Shown: positions 23,235-34,440 of the stretch, one piece after another
Position numbering within the stretch: position 1 is the first letter of the stretch
How the letters are laid out: every line of letters starts with the position of its first letter
Source: Tubiluchus corallicola
Lineage: Eukaryota; Animalia; Priapulida
Length of the DNA stretch: 64,000 nt
Assembly (NCBI GenBank): GCA_030141605.1
Contig: JAQGDQ010000072.1
Location: 62,001 to 126,000 of the forward strand
Direction of reading: 5' to 3'
The notes under the pieces: generated by a model
The model's input: the letters and a program-made list of their open reading frames with translations, nothing else
Databases searched by the model: none
Told to the model about the DNA's origin: nothing
Position numbers and translations under genes: made by a program

Positions 23235-26230
23235 CCAGAAAGCTTCTGATAAGTCACAGAAGATATCAGCTAGTATATTTTTGTTTTCAATGAATGATAT
23301 GTGTAACGTATCAAAATTGTTAAAGTTTATATTATTTGCTGATAACACTACAATATATTCTTCTGGTAAATGGTTCGCAATAAACAAATTATCGTTAAAT
23401 TTAACCAAAACAAAATTTGTGATATTTAGCAACAGGAAAAGTAATGAAACGGTTTTTAATATTAATATCAATGGAATGGGTATCAAAAGAGTATATGTTA
23501 CTAAATTTCTTGGAGTACAAGTTGACCACAAGCTGACATGGAAAGAACGTATAAAAATTGTTAAATCGAAATTGTCTAAAAGCATAGCAATACTTTGTAA
23601 AGTTAAACATATTGTTACGAAGGCAGATTTTGACCAACCCCCTAATGTTAGTAATGGGTATGGTTGAGAAGTGCAGTAATGCAAATGTACCTGTATAAAA
23701 CAGAATGCACGCCGTAATTTGACGATTCCAACCTGGCCTTTCTGTAAAGGTGAATGCTGTAGGTTTGCTGATTTTTATACCAAAGTCTGTTCACATGTCA
23801 TGGAGCTACTGGTTGTGCATTAAAGTTTATTTTACATTCGTATGCTTTTCACTTTTCTCGTCTGCTGTAGTACTTCATAACTTGTATGCCGCTTTATACA
23901 TTCTGAGGAGACGGATCGGCGCAAAGGAACCCGGATCCGTTACACTGGTGACATAAGTGGGATCCGAAATTGCCGCATGGAAAGGAACCCGGATCCATTA
24001 CACTGGTGCACATAAGTGGGATCCGAAATTGCCGCCTGGAATGGATCGACATTATTGGGTTTGGTGAGTGCTGCATTTCGTTTTAGAGGCAGACATCTTA
24101 TCTGTACTACTCGGCGTGTTTTTGTGTTTTTTGTAGACAGTTTCGTATTTTTACCTTTTTTATGTAGAAGGCAATTGAACGGCCTTTGTGCGACAGGCAG
24201 CATCGGCCTTAGCTTAAACAGTTCTAAGTTTTTATCGAGTTCCCAATGAGGCGATGATAGCGTATTTGGGAATAGGCGACGTTGTGACTTTGAATGTATA
24301 GCGAGTCACCGTAGTTTAGTGTTCCGTAATGGCTAGGATGCCCGAGCACTGTTTTTAAATGGTAGTTTAGTGTTCCGTAATGACTAGAGATGCCAGAACA
24401 CGCTTTTCAACATAGGGCTCTGTTGTGTTCAGTTAGCTAAGATTATGCAGTTGTGAACACTTGATGCTCGTCTTGTTAACTGCACGTCACTGGTCAGAGT
24501 TGAACCGGTTTTCAGTAGCTTTTGTCAAAGCCAGAATGTTGAAGCAATTTAAAAGTTTAATCAAGTTTTTCTCTACTTTGCTGTTGTTGCTGTACAGACC
24601 TTGTCTGTAAATTTGTTTCGTCTTTATTCCTCTTTATGTGCCGAGTCTGTTGCAGTAAGCTTGTCAGTATGCCTATCTCGCCCACTCAGGGAAGCCAAGT
24701 TCGAAACTTCGATTGCTACACGAGTCTATTATGCAGTACCGTCAAAGAAATGGTTTATGGCTAGGAGTACAATACCGTTGTTGTAGCGGATGATTGGATG
24801 TACCCTACACCTTCGCAAGTATCGCAACTACTTTATTTCACCTGGCAGATAGATGGTTCGAATCCCTACCGACGCCCCAGGAGAACTTCTATAGACTGTT
24901 CAATGTATCACATCATAGATGTCTCAGTGCCTCGGAAGTAACTAGTAGAATGCTTTTTCGTTTCAAGGCCTGTTTTGCCGATGGCGTGATGTGCACAGAC
25001 TGGTTTCTGTTTAAAGACTGACTGTACTGTTTTTTGGGACAGTCTCGATAGATGGCGCTACACTGCACTCACAAGAAGTGGATCATTGATCTGTTTCCAC
25101 TGGAAAAAGGATTTATAATCAACTCACCGTTTTCAGTTTTATGCTGTTACAAACCTGGATAGATTTGCTAATGCCGGGATTTCACCTATTTGTACTAGTG
25201 CTGTTTACAATTTTGATTATTTTTGTTATAGTAATGGTTACAAACTGACATCTCACATTTTATCAGGTACCATTCTGCATTTTTCAATTTGTTAAACTGA
25301 TTTGCTCAGCTTTGAATGAATTTTGTTGGGTTCAACTAGAGTAAAATTTAATTGCATTTGCATTTGCTGTAACTCATTTTTGGACAAATTGATATTGAGG
25401 AGGGGGTAGTGTTACAAGGCAGATTTTGACCAGCCCCCTAATCTTAGTAATGGGTATGGTTGAGAAGTCCAGTAATGCAAATGTACCTGTATAAAACAGA
25501 ATGCACGTCGTAATTTGACGATTCCAACCTGGCCTTTCTGTCTCTAAAGGTGCATGCTGTAGGTTTGCTGATTTTTATACCAAAGGCCGTTCACATGTCA
25601 TGGAGCTACTGGTTGTGCATTAAAGTTTATTTTGTATTCTTTTTACTTTTCTCGTCTGCTGTAGTACTTCATAACTTGCATGCCACTCTATACATCTTGA
25701 GACGGATCCCCGATCCCCACATTTTAAAGCAAGAATCATTGTATACTCTTTATTCTTCATTAGTTGTGCCATATCTGTATTATTGTTCTGAAATGTGGGG
25801 CAATACGTTCATTACAAATGTAAAACTAGTATACATATTACATAAGAAAGCTATAAGAATTGCTAGCAAAGTTGGTTATTACGACCATACTAGTCCTTTG
25901 TTTTGTAAATTGAAAGCTCTAAAGCTAATAGATTTGATAAATCTCAAAACTGCATTGGTAATGTACAAAGCTGAAGTACCAGAAAATGTGTAAAAATTGT
26001 TTACAAAAGTGAATCATACGAACGTTGTACCACACCAGAACGATAACTTTAAAATACCCCTAGTAAGAACAAGAAAGAAATCGATGTGTGTATCAGTTTT
26101 TGTTATTAAGCTATGGAATGACCTAGATAAAGAAATGAAAGAAAGTAAAACTATTAGTATGTTTAAAATAAGTTACGAGCGCATTAGTGAACAATTTTAA
26201 AAAGTACTTGATAACATTTTAGTATAATAT
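23235..26230 (+). mobile_element. CR1/L2-group LINE 3' fragment interrupted by a miniature LTR element, with a short inverted 5' piece
   Basis: FILFADNTT, WFAINKLSLNLTKTK, KFLGV, SIAILCKVKHI | LKQESLYTLYSSLVVPYLYYCSEMWGNT, KLWNDL. An inverted DIFCDLSEAF lies at ~23237-23290. Confidence 0.88.
23613..25721 (+). mobile_element. Non-coding LTR retrotransposon (TRIM/LARD-like), element B
   Basis: LTRs 23613-23944 (TGTTACG...GTTACA) and 25410-~25721. PBS TGGTGACATAAGTGGGAT at 23946-23963 (tRNA-Leu-like). PPT GAGGAGGGGGTAG at 25397-25409. Possible TSD CATAT/CACAT. The host LINE frame resumes after the element. Confidence 0.92.
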
Positions 26231-26699
26231 GAAATTTTAGATGTAGTTTTATTATATGGTGTAACTTGCGATTTTAGATATAAAACAATTTTAGAAGTAA
26301 AATCTAATTTAACATGTATTATTTCGTGTAACCTATGTGTAATATGTAATGTGTAATATAATGTATACTCTATAATCATAGATAATAAGATCAAGAAAAT
26401 TAGATTTGGATTGAATAATGACAACTAAAAGTGGAAGGAAAATACAAGTAGAAAATACAATATAGAAAATATTGGTAAAAGTGAAAGTCGATAATTATTC
26501 GGATTAATTGGTTCGCTTGTTACCAATAGTGGTGTAACAATCGAATGCTTAAGCTTACTCGGCACTATTCCAGTGATCACTGAAGAATTTATTGTGTGTT
26601 AAAGGAAAAGCTGTAAAAGGTAAAGGAAAAGGTAAAGTTAGCAGTTGATAATTCATTTAAAAGCGACTCTTTTATTGTGGAATTGTATATAACTTGATT

Positions 26700-27950
26700 T
26701 CGGCAGATGTTACTAGCAAATGTTTTTAAATGATCTATCATAAGAAAAACAGGTAAGTGATCAGTAACGTCATTTGAAAACATCCTGCTTTACACGAATC
26801 TTGAATTACATTGGTAAAAATGTTATCCGTTAGGGTTGCAGAACAACTTGTTATCTTAGTAGGTCGAGTTATTGTTGGAATTAAAACTTAGTAAATAAGG
26901 TGTCTAAAAATCATTTGTATCTTTGTGTTCTGCAAAGTTTAAAAGATTTATATTTGTGCCACCTAAAATGAAAATTTGTTTGTTTGTAACATTTGGTTTG
27001 GTAATTGTTGTGGAGATCTCTTGTATCCTCGTATTCTGAGATAAGCTTTCTCGCTTTCACTTTTCCAGATTATCACATTTACTGTAAACATTTCGCGTTC
27101 CTTCATACTTTTGTGTTGTAGAATTCTCTTATAATAAACTAGTTTAATTTGACGACGTGTTTTCTGGTTTTTTCTACGAGCCTTCCGAGAGAAACAAAAC
27201 ACAACATTAATGGTAGGCCTATTGAAGAGCATATCTAGGAATGGAATAGGACTTTTACCTGGTGGTCTACATACGGAACCAATCAATAACTATATTTTTC
27301 CCGTTCGACACAGTAATCTCGATAAAAAGCATTTAAATATTTTCACTAGTTACATTTGAAGCTAGTCTTTACGAACTGTATACACAATGTCGTTTCTTAA
27401 TTGGAGATCCAACCCTACTGCCAGATTTATGCTTCCAAGTAAGATCAAGAAAATTATACCCAGGTAAGTGAAATTTCAGGGTCCATTCATCAGTTAACCA
27501 TGTTTCAATCAGTGCTGTTACAGAAAATTTTTCTTCGATTAGGTTAAGAAATGCTGCTAGGTATTCGTAATAGCTTTTAAACTTCTAACATTCTATTGAA
27601 AAAGAGAGAGTGGAATTGATCTTCTCTATAGTATTTACTATCCGTTAAAATAATATTGTGCGCAAAAATCAATTGTCTGGATGAATACTATTTGTAGCCT
27701 CTGAATCATATCCAAAAGAATGAAGAATTAATTCGAGTGAGTATTTTTCATTAAAAATAAAGCTGAAATTAGTACATTGGACTTGATGTAAAAATTCACT
27801 GTCAATTGAAATATTGTTGAAAGGAAATATGGACTGCAGACACGGTGGACACAGCCAGCCATCATTATTTGAAGTTATATTATGATAGTGATCAATTGTA
27901 AGTCCTGTACATTTTAAATATGCGACAGTATACAGACAACGGTCGAGAGC
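26700..27950 (-). mobile_element. CR1/L2-group LINE fragment (partial PHD + AP endonuclease)
   Basis: YLKCTGLT..WLCPPCLQSIFPFN, ALIETWL, IGSVCRPP, PTITRPTKIT..TLTDNIF, VTDHLPVF. Contains an unrelated insert at ~26960-27215. Confidence 0.85.
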
Positions 27951-28197
27951 AGACGTATTTTTGTTCGCTCTGCGTTTATGTAAAACGCGAAAGTATAGCG
28001 GAGTTGTGTATGCAGCTTTCATGCCTATTATGATGATTAATGTACGGAATTTAGTATGTTGATTTACTGAAGGAATATTTTCTTGATTTTATCGTGTTTA
28101 GTTATGTCTCACGGTAATATTGAAGGCTCACTTAAAGACCGACTTAGAAGTTCCACTGGTACACCAATAACTTTAGAAATGATTATGGCGAAGCTAG

Positions 28198-28815
28198 ATG
28201 ACGTGTCAGGCTATGACAACTATGGCGACTAAAGAGGACCTGGAAAAGATCACTTTGAGAGTAAATAACTTAGAAGATCGTCTAATAAAATGCCAGAGTT
28301 CAAATGAAAACATGGCGCAGGTAAGAGCTGAATTATTGGAAAAAACTAACACGTTGAATACAACGTTGATACAGCTTGAACGCCGTAGTAGACAGTTTAA
28401 CTTTAGAATACATGGCTTGCCTGAAAGTAGCGGTGAAAACACCATGCAATTAGTCTTGAATTTTCTTGAGAAGGACTTAAAAATTGAGAATCCGGAATCA
28501 GTAATTGAAATAGCTCACAGGCTGAAGTCGAGAACAAGTCCTAGGCCAATAGTCGTCAGGTGCTACAGTCGGATTACGAAATCGAATATTATTCGTAAGT
28601 CTAAATCTAAGACTAATCTTCTAAACAAAGTGTATCTAGTTGACGACTTAACAAAATTTGACTACTTTGAAAAAAAAAAGCTAAGACCAGTTATGCAAGA
28701 AGCTTATAAAGCGGTTAAGAAAGTTTGGTTTAGTGGAGCTTCGGGGAAGCTGTACATTAACGGCAAAATATACAATAGAAGTAACGAGGATGGCAACGAC
28801 AACGGTGATCTTTAA
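28198..28815 (+). CDS. LINE ORF1-like protein (coiled coil + RRM + CTD; L1 ORF1/Transposase_22-like)
   Basis: Heptad region, then LERRSRQFNFRIHGLPE, IEIAHRL..PRPIVVR, VYLVDDLT, GKLYINGKIY. The frame is open for 205 codons. Confidence 0.8.
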   Translation: MTCQAMTTMATKEDLEKITLRVNNLEDRLIKCQSSNENMAQVRAELLEKTNTLNTTLIQLERRSRQFNFRIHGLPESSGENTMQLVLNFLEKDLKIENPESVIEIAHRLKSRTSPRPIVVRCYSRITKSNIIRKSKSKTNLLNKVYLVDDLTKFDYFEKKKLRPVMQEAYKAVKKVWFSGASGKLYINGKIYNRSNEDGNDNGDL

Positions 28816-30829
28816 CTAGCCAGCAGTACGATGAATGAAGAAAAGAGGAAACCAGGAGGTCTCTGATAGCAATGGTGTTTCAGCTATCCACCAATGATAT
28901 GTGTACGGATGAAAAAGCTAACTTGGATGTCAATGGCAACAGTGAAATCATCAACCAGCCAGTGATAATACGCCCTGAGGTAAAATGATTTTGACTGTAC
29001 TTAAACTTTGAACTTTGATTTAAACTTTGAAGTATTTTGTAAATTGTGATTACACGCACATTAAAATTAACCTCAACCTGATATGTTTTATCATTAACAT
29101 TGTGCCAGTTAACATTGTACCATTATCTATTTTTTTCCTTTTATTTTGTTTAAGTTAACTATAATTACTGGATGGTATCAAAAGTTCTTCATTTACCAAT
29201 TACGTGCAATATTGAGCAGTTTGCTCATAAAAATGTCATATTCTCTGGTTTAAGAGTTATTCTCTTTTCTAACTGTTTACTGTATATTGGGGTTAATAAT
29301 TGTTCACTTTTATCATCGAGGTTTAAACAGTAAGTATTTAAGTAAAAAAAAGAAAATGCTTATTTAATTTTGGATACAAATTTTAGTTCCTTGAGCTTAT
29401 TTTGGTCATGTCATCCTATAATCTATCTTGCTTAAAACTTCTCCCTCATATAAAAGAAATGCTAACTAGATATTATTACTGATGCAGTCATGTAATTTTT
29501 AAAATTTTTTTTAGTTTACAAATGATTAGTCAGGCCTAACAGTACGCAAGGTCACTTTTACCTTCATGGGTTTAGAGTAATGCGTTTATGTTTAAACCAA
29601 GTGAAGTAATTTAATTTCAGTAAATAGTAGATATTTAAGATTTAGTTGAAGAAATTATACGGGCTTAAATGCTGATAAGTAATAAGTGCTATTTCTCGTA
29701 CTTGGCTGCAGATATTAGGGATTTTTAGGTGAATTTTGTGACGTAGTGATATCAGTATGTCAAATTTTTGATACAAAATTGATGTGTTATGTTTAAACGG
29801 TAGGCCTGATTGGCCTGATTAGTTACCGCACTTATATACACGGTTCTTACTACATTTTACAATTGGTTGTATTCGGATGGTATATCAATATTTTTAATAC
29901 AGCCCGAAGTATAAACGTTAACAAGCATGAGTTGGTCTGACTCTTTGTAAATGTGTCCTTGACCAGGCGACTAGACATAGCTAAAACTTGAAGCCATTTT
30001 GCTCAGACGTTGTATTTCCAACGATAGTGCTAATAATACCGCCGGATTTACTCCTCTTATTAAATATTACCACATTTAGCAACTGCATAGGTAAAAATAT
30101 GAAGAGTATTTGCAATTTCGCGGGAATAGCAAGGACGCTTTTGTCTATAAAGATGAAGACGTTTTTTCTTTCTCTGTGAATTTGCAAAATTTCGTTTTTG
30201 CAGTGAATTTACTGTTCTTTTTATTCTACACAATATTGGGGACACTTGGCTTAACGTCATGAGTAAACATACGAATATATCGCAGATAATACCGCTTAAT
30301 TTACTCCTTTATTGTCAAAAAAAGACTGATTACTGCGACTCTATTGTATGAATTGTAACCTATGTTAAAGTAAGATTCATACACATGAATCACAAAATAA
30401 CAAAGTGTTGATTATGTTTGCGTTATTATTGTCATAAGTAAATTGTTATAACAATTCTATAAACACTAATATTATGACTGTGAGACTTCTAAGAACATTA
30501 GTTGCACATTCGGTCTTGTATTCACATTTATTTTATTTTTGTTCTTCGTTTCGTCTAATACCGTAGTTCTGGTGCATAATGTGTACGCTTCACACACGCA
30601 CACACGTGCGTGCGGAAGAACTCGATGATATGAATGTGCGATTAAAATTTTGCACGCTATTCATAGCTACGAGTATGTGCACTCATGTTGGGCAGTCGTG
30701 CAGTGTGCACGATGGATTACTGGGCTTTGGCTTATATTTTATTAAAATTCAACAATGGAATCTGTTTGTTACTAGCTACTGCGAAATTTGTCAACAAGTT
30801 AAATATCTAATTTTGTCCATCATATCGGT

Positions 30830-33800
30830 ATGGCCTGTATGCGACTCTGCAATCTTTCGCTTTTTCATCTCGTCCTTGTCGCAAAGCTCTTCGGTCTTTT
30901 TTACTTTTTTGTCTTTTACTTTTTCTTTTCTTCTCTGTTTTTCTCAATGGTTCAGCATCCATGTTCACATTGTTCTAGACAGGTAAAGTGTAATCAGCGC
31001 GGTATTTACTGTGACTGTTGTCAGTCGTGGCTTCACCTAAAATGCTGCCCTTTAACACTTACTGATTATGAAAATCTGCCGAATGATCCTCAGCTTTGGT
31101 TTTGTCATATGTGTTTAGGTGACATATTTCCTTTTAACAATATTATTGACGACGAAGATTTTTGTTTAAATACTCGATATATTAGTGCTGGTGCTATAAT
31201 GAATAATAATTCTCTTAATTTGGATTTAATAGATGATGCAGAATCATTACTTAATGATAACATAAATTTACATAATGCTGACCCCGATATTAATTTTTTA
31301 ACAATACAAACGCCCTTCCCCATAGTAAATATTATGACATAGGTCAATTTAATAGCATGTTGACTAATAATCATACTATAAATGACAATTCATTTTCAAT
31401 CATACACTTGAATATCTGCAGTGTAGATGCTAATCTCGACCACTTTTCTGCGTATCTTAATTTAAATTATTCTATTATAGCATTAACTGAAACTTGGCTT
31501 TGTGATGATATAGATTCTACAATTCATTTACCAGGTTACAATGCTGTTTTTATTAATAGGAAAATTAATAAAGGCGGTGAGGGAGTGGCATTGTTTATCA
31601 GAAAAGATTTAACACATCTACTTCGTAATGATTTAACTCTCTCCGAGGAAGATATCGAAGCCATTTTTATTGAAATTACTTGTAATAACGATAAGAATAT
31701 AGTTGTTGGCTCTGTATATCGCCCTCCGGGAGAACATCCACTCCAATTTACTGACAAAATATCGGATATTCTAAGTAAGGTAAACAATCAGTCAAAACAT
31801 TTATTCATAACTGGCGATTTTAACATCAATTTATTAAACCACGAAACTCATAATGATATTAAAAACTTTCTTGATGTGATGTTGGCCAACTATGTCTTTC
31901 CAACTATTACACGTCCGACTAGAATAACTAACATTACAGCTACATTAATTGATAATATTTTTACAAACATAATCCAGTATAATTAAAAAGCAGGTAATTT
32001 GCTAACTGCTATAACTGACCATCTACCTGTATTTCTGATTACGGACTTAAGTCTGTCAATTCAAAAAACATCTGACTTCAAAATAACACCTTATAATAAT
32101 AATATTAAAAATGCGTTAATTCGCCATTTATCTACTACTAATTATCTAATACTACTAGCATGAACGAAGTTAATCAAGCAACCAAACAGTTTTACCAGAA
32201 GTTTAATAATGTTTACAGTGCTCATATTAAAGAAAAGCAAATAACTGTTAATTCTAAGAAAATTAAAAAACCTTGGATTTCTCACGGTCTTTTGCAGTCT
32301 ATACGAAATAAAAATAAAATGTATAAAGAAATATTGAAAACCCACAGCCGTACACTTACAAATCATTATAAACAGTATCGGAACTCTTTAAATAATCTTA
32401 TTAGAACAGCTAAAAATAATTATTATGGAAATAAATTGGAAACTTACAAAAATAATATAAAAAAATCTGGATTACAATGAAAGAGATAATGAATAATGGT
32501 AAAACTGGAAACACGAGTAAACTTAAAATTGGCAACAAAATTGTAATTGACAAACAACTTTTAACCAACACTTTATTAATGTTGGGCCAAATTTAGCTGA
32601 AAAGATTAACAAACCTAATGCACACTTTGCTACGTATTTGACTGATAATTACCCAAATTCTTTCTTTTTTGAACCAGTAATACCTTCTGATGTTATCTAC
32701 ATTTGCAAAACACTCAATCCCAACAAAAGTTCAGGCATTGACAGCTTATCAGGTAAGATTATTTCAGATATTATTCCTTATATTGCGATTCCCATGTGCC
32801 ACATTATTAATTTATCTCTCAGTCTTGGCAAGGTACCTGATAAAATGAAGGAATCTGTGGTTATACCCTTGTATAAAAGTGGAGAAAATACTAGCTTAAA
32901 TAATTATCAGCCTGTTTCATTATTGCCATTCTTTTCTAAAATTCTGGAGAGATGTATTCACAATCAGTTATACAAATATTTTATCATAATATTTTTAATG
33001 ATAATCAATTTGGCTTTCGAAAATGTTATTCTACTGAGTTAGCACTAATTAAAGTATGTGAACAAATTGTAAACATAATAGGAAAAAATTCTATAGCTGC
33101 GGGTATATTTTGTGACTTATCGAAAGCATTTGACACTATGGACCATTCAGTTCTTTGTCATAAACTCTCATATTATGGTATTCGAGGTTTGGCCTATAAC
33201 TGGTTTGAAAATTATCTGTCTATCAGAATCCAAGTAGTCAGATGTAATAACTATCTTTCTAAATCACAAACTATAACATGCAGTGTACCTCAAGGATCCA
33301 TATTAGGACCGTTATTATTTTTAATTTATATAAATGATCTAAGCAAGTTACTAAATAGAAATAATCTATTTCAATTTGCTGATGACACTACTCTGTTTTT
33401 TGACTTGTGTTATCACTCTGTTGCAGAAATGAATGAACTCTTAAAATTAATTGCTGATTGGTTCAAGGCAAATAAACTATCATTAAATCCTACAAAAACA
33501 AAATGTGTTACTTTCCATTCCAAAAAATTGTCTGATAATTGTACCCTATATATTGATGGTGTAGTTATTGAAAGAGTCAAAACTATAAAATTTTTAGGTA
33601 TTATGCTTCATGAAAATCTTGATTGGAGGCCACATATTAATTATATAAGTTCAAAAATTGCAAAAAATGTTGGCATTATCTCAATTATTAAAAATAAATT
33701 ACACAAATTTCACTTAATAACACTATATAACTGCCTAATATTACCCTATTTAACTTACTGTTGTATTCTATGGGGGAAAACATATCCAACAAACTTAAAT

Positions 33801-34440
33801 TACTTAGCCAGACACCAGCGTAAGTTTTTAAGAATCACTTATAATTTAGCTAAACAAGCCCCAATTGAACCTATACTTTTTTTATAACTCTGGAATTTTA
33901 AATTTAGATGACAGTTTCTTACCACCTTGCTATCTACCTGTGCAAAACACACCACAGTTTATTACCCCCGCGTTTCATAAATCCCGTCGTACGTAATCAC
34001 CAACATCACTTCACTAGATTTAATGAATATTATATTCCGTTTTGCAGGACCAATGTTGCCAGACACTTTTGAAAATTTACCGCTCCAAATCTATGGAATA
34101 AAATATCAATTTATGTCACATCATATCAATTATTTGGCTTTAAAAGATATATGAAATCTCTTCTGCTGAAATCTTACTTATAATGCATTTTTGGGTTTTG
34201 CCGATAGTCACAGTAAATTCCGCGACTGGTTACTTTGCAGTTTACATTTTCATACTTTTGCATCGCGTCTCTGCTGAACTTCTTTCTAATTCATTTCTTT
34301 TCTCTTTTTCTCTATCTCTGTCTATTATTTTATCTTAACTACTCCCTGTTTTCTATAATTTTCTCTCTTGTAAATTAAGTCGTTTTTTCACTTTCATGGT
34401 GGTCTTACAAGCTTTGCTTCTTGACCACCATGCAGCATCT
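30830..34440 (+). mobile_element. CR1/L2-group LINE with N-terminal PHD finger, APE and RT; frameshifted
   Basis: PHD CSHC..CDCCQSWLHLKC..WFCHMC (from M at ~30947). APE: HLNI, ALTETWL, VYRPP, GDFNINLL, PTR..LIDNIF. RT: NYQPVSLL, CDLSKAFD, VPQGSILGPLLFLIYINDL, FADD. 3' UTR stem-loop CATGGTGGTC...GACCACCATG at 34395-34432. Confidence 0.95.

Noticed and set aside
23903-23972. Hammerhead ribozyme in the LTR of element B (retrozyme hypothesis): CTGAGGA ... GATCCGAAA
   Set aside because: Stem II does not close directly between CTGAGGA and GAAA (3 extra nt), no stem I/III with an NUH site is visible, and the 3' LTR lacks CTGAGGA.
23923-24039. CRISPR-like repeat
   Set aside because: Only two adjacent near-identical units without unique spacers, in a eukaryotic context with no cas genes. 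Explained as a U5-PBS duplication.
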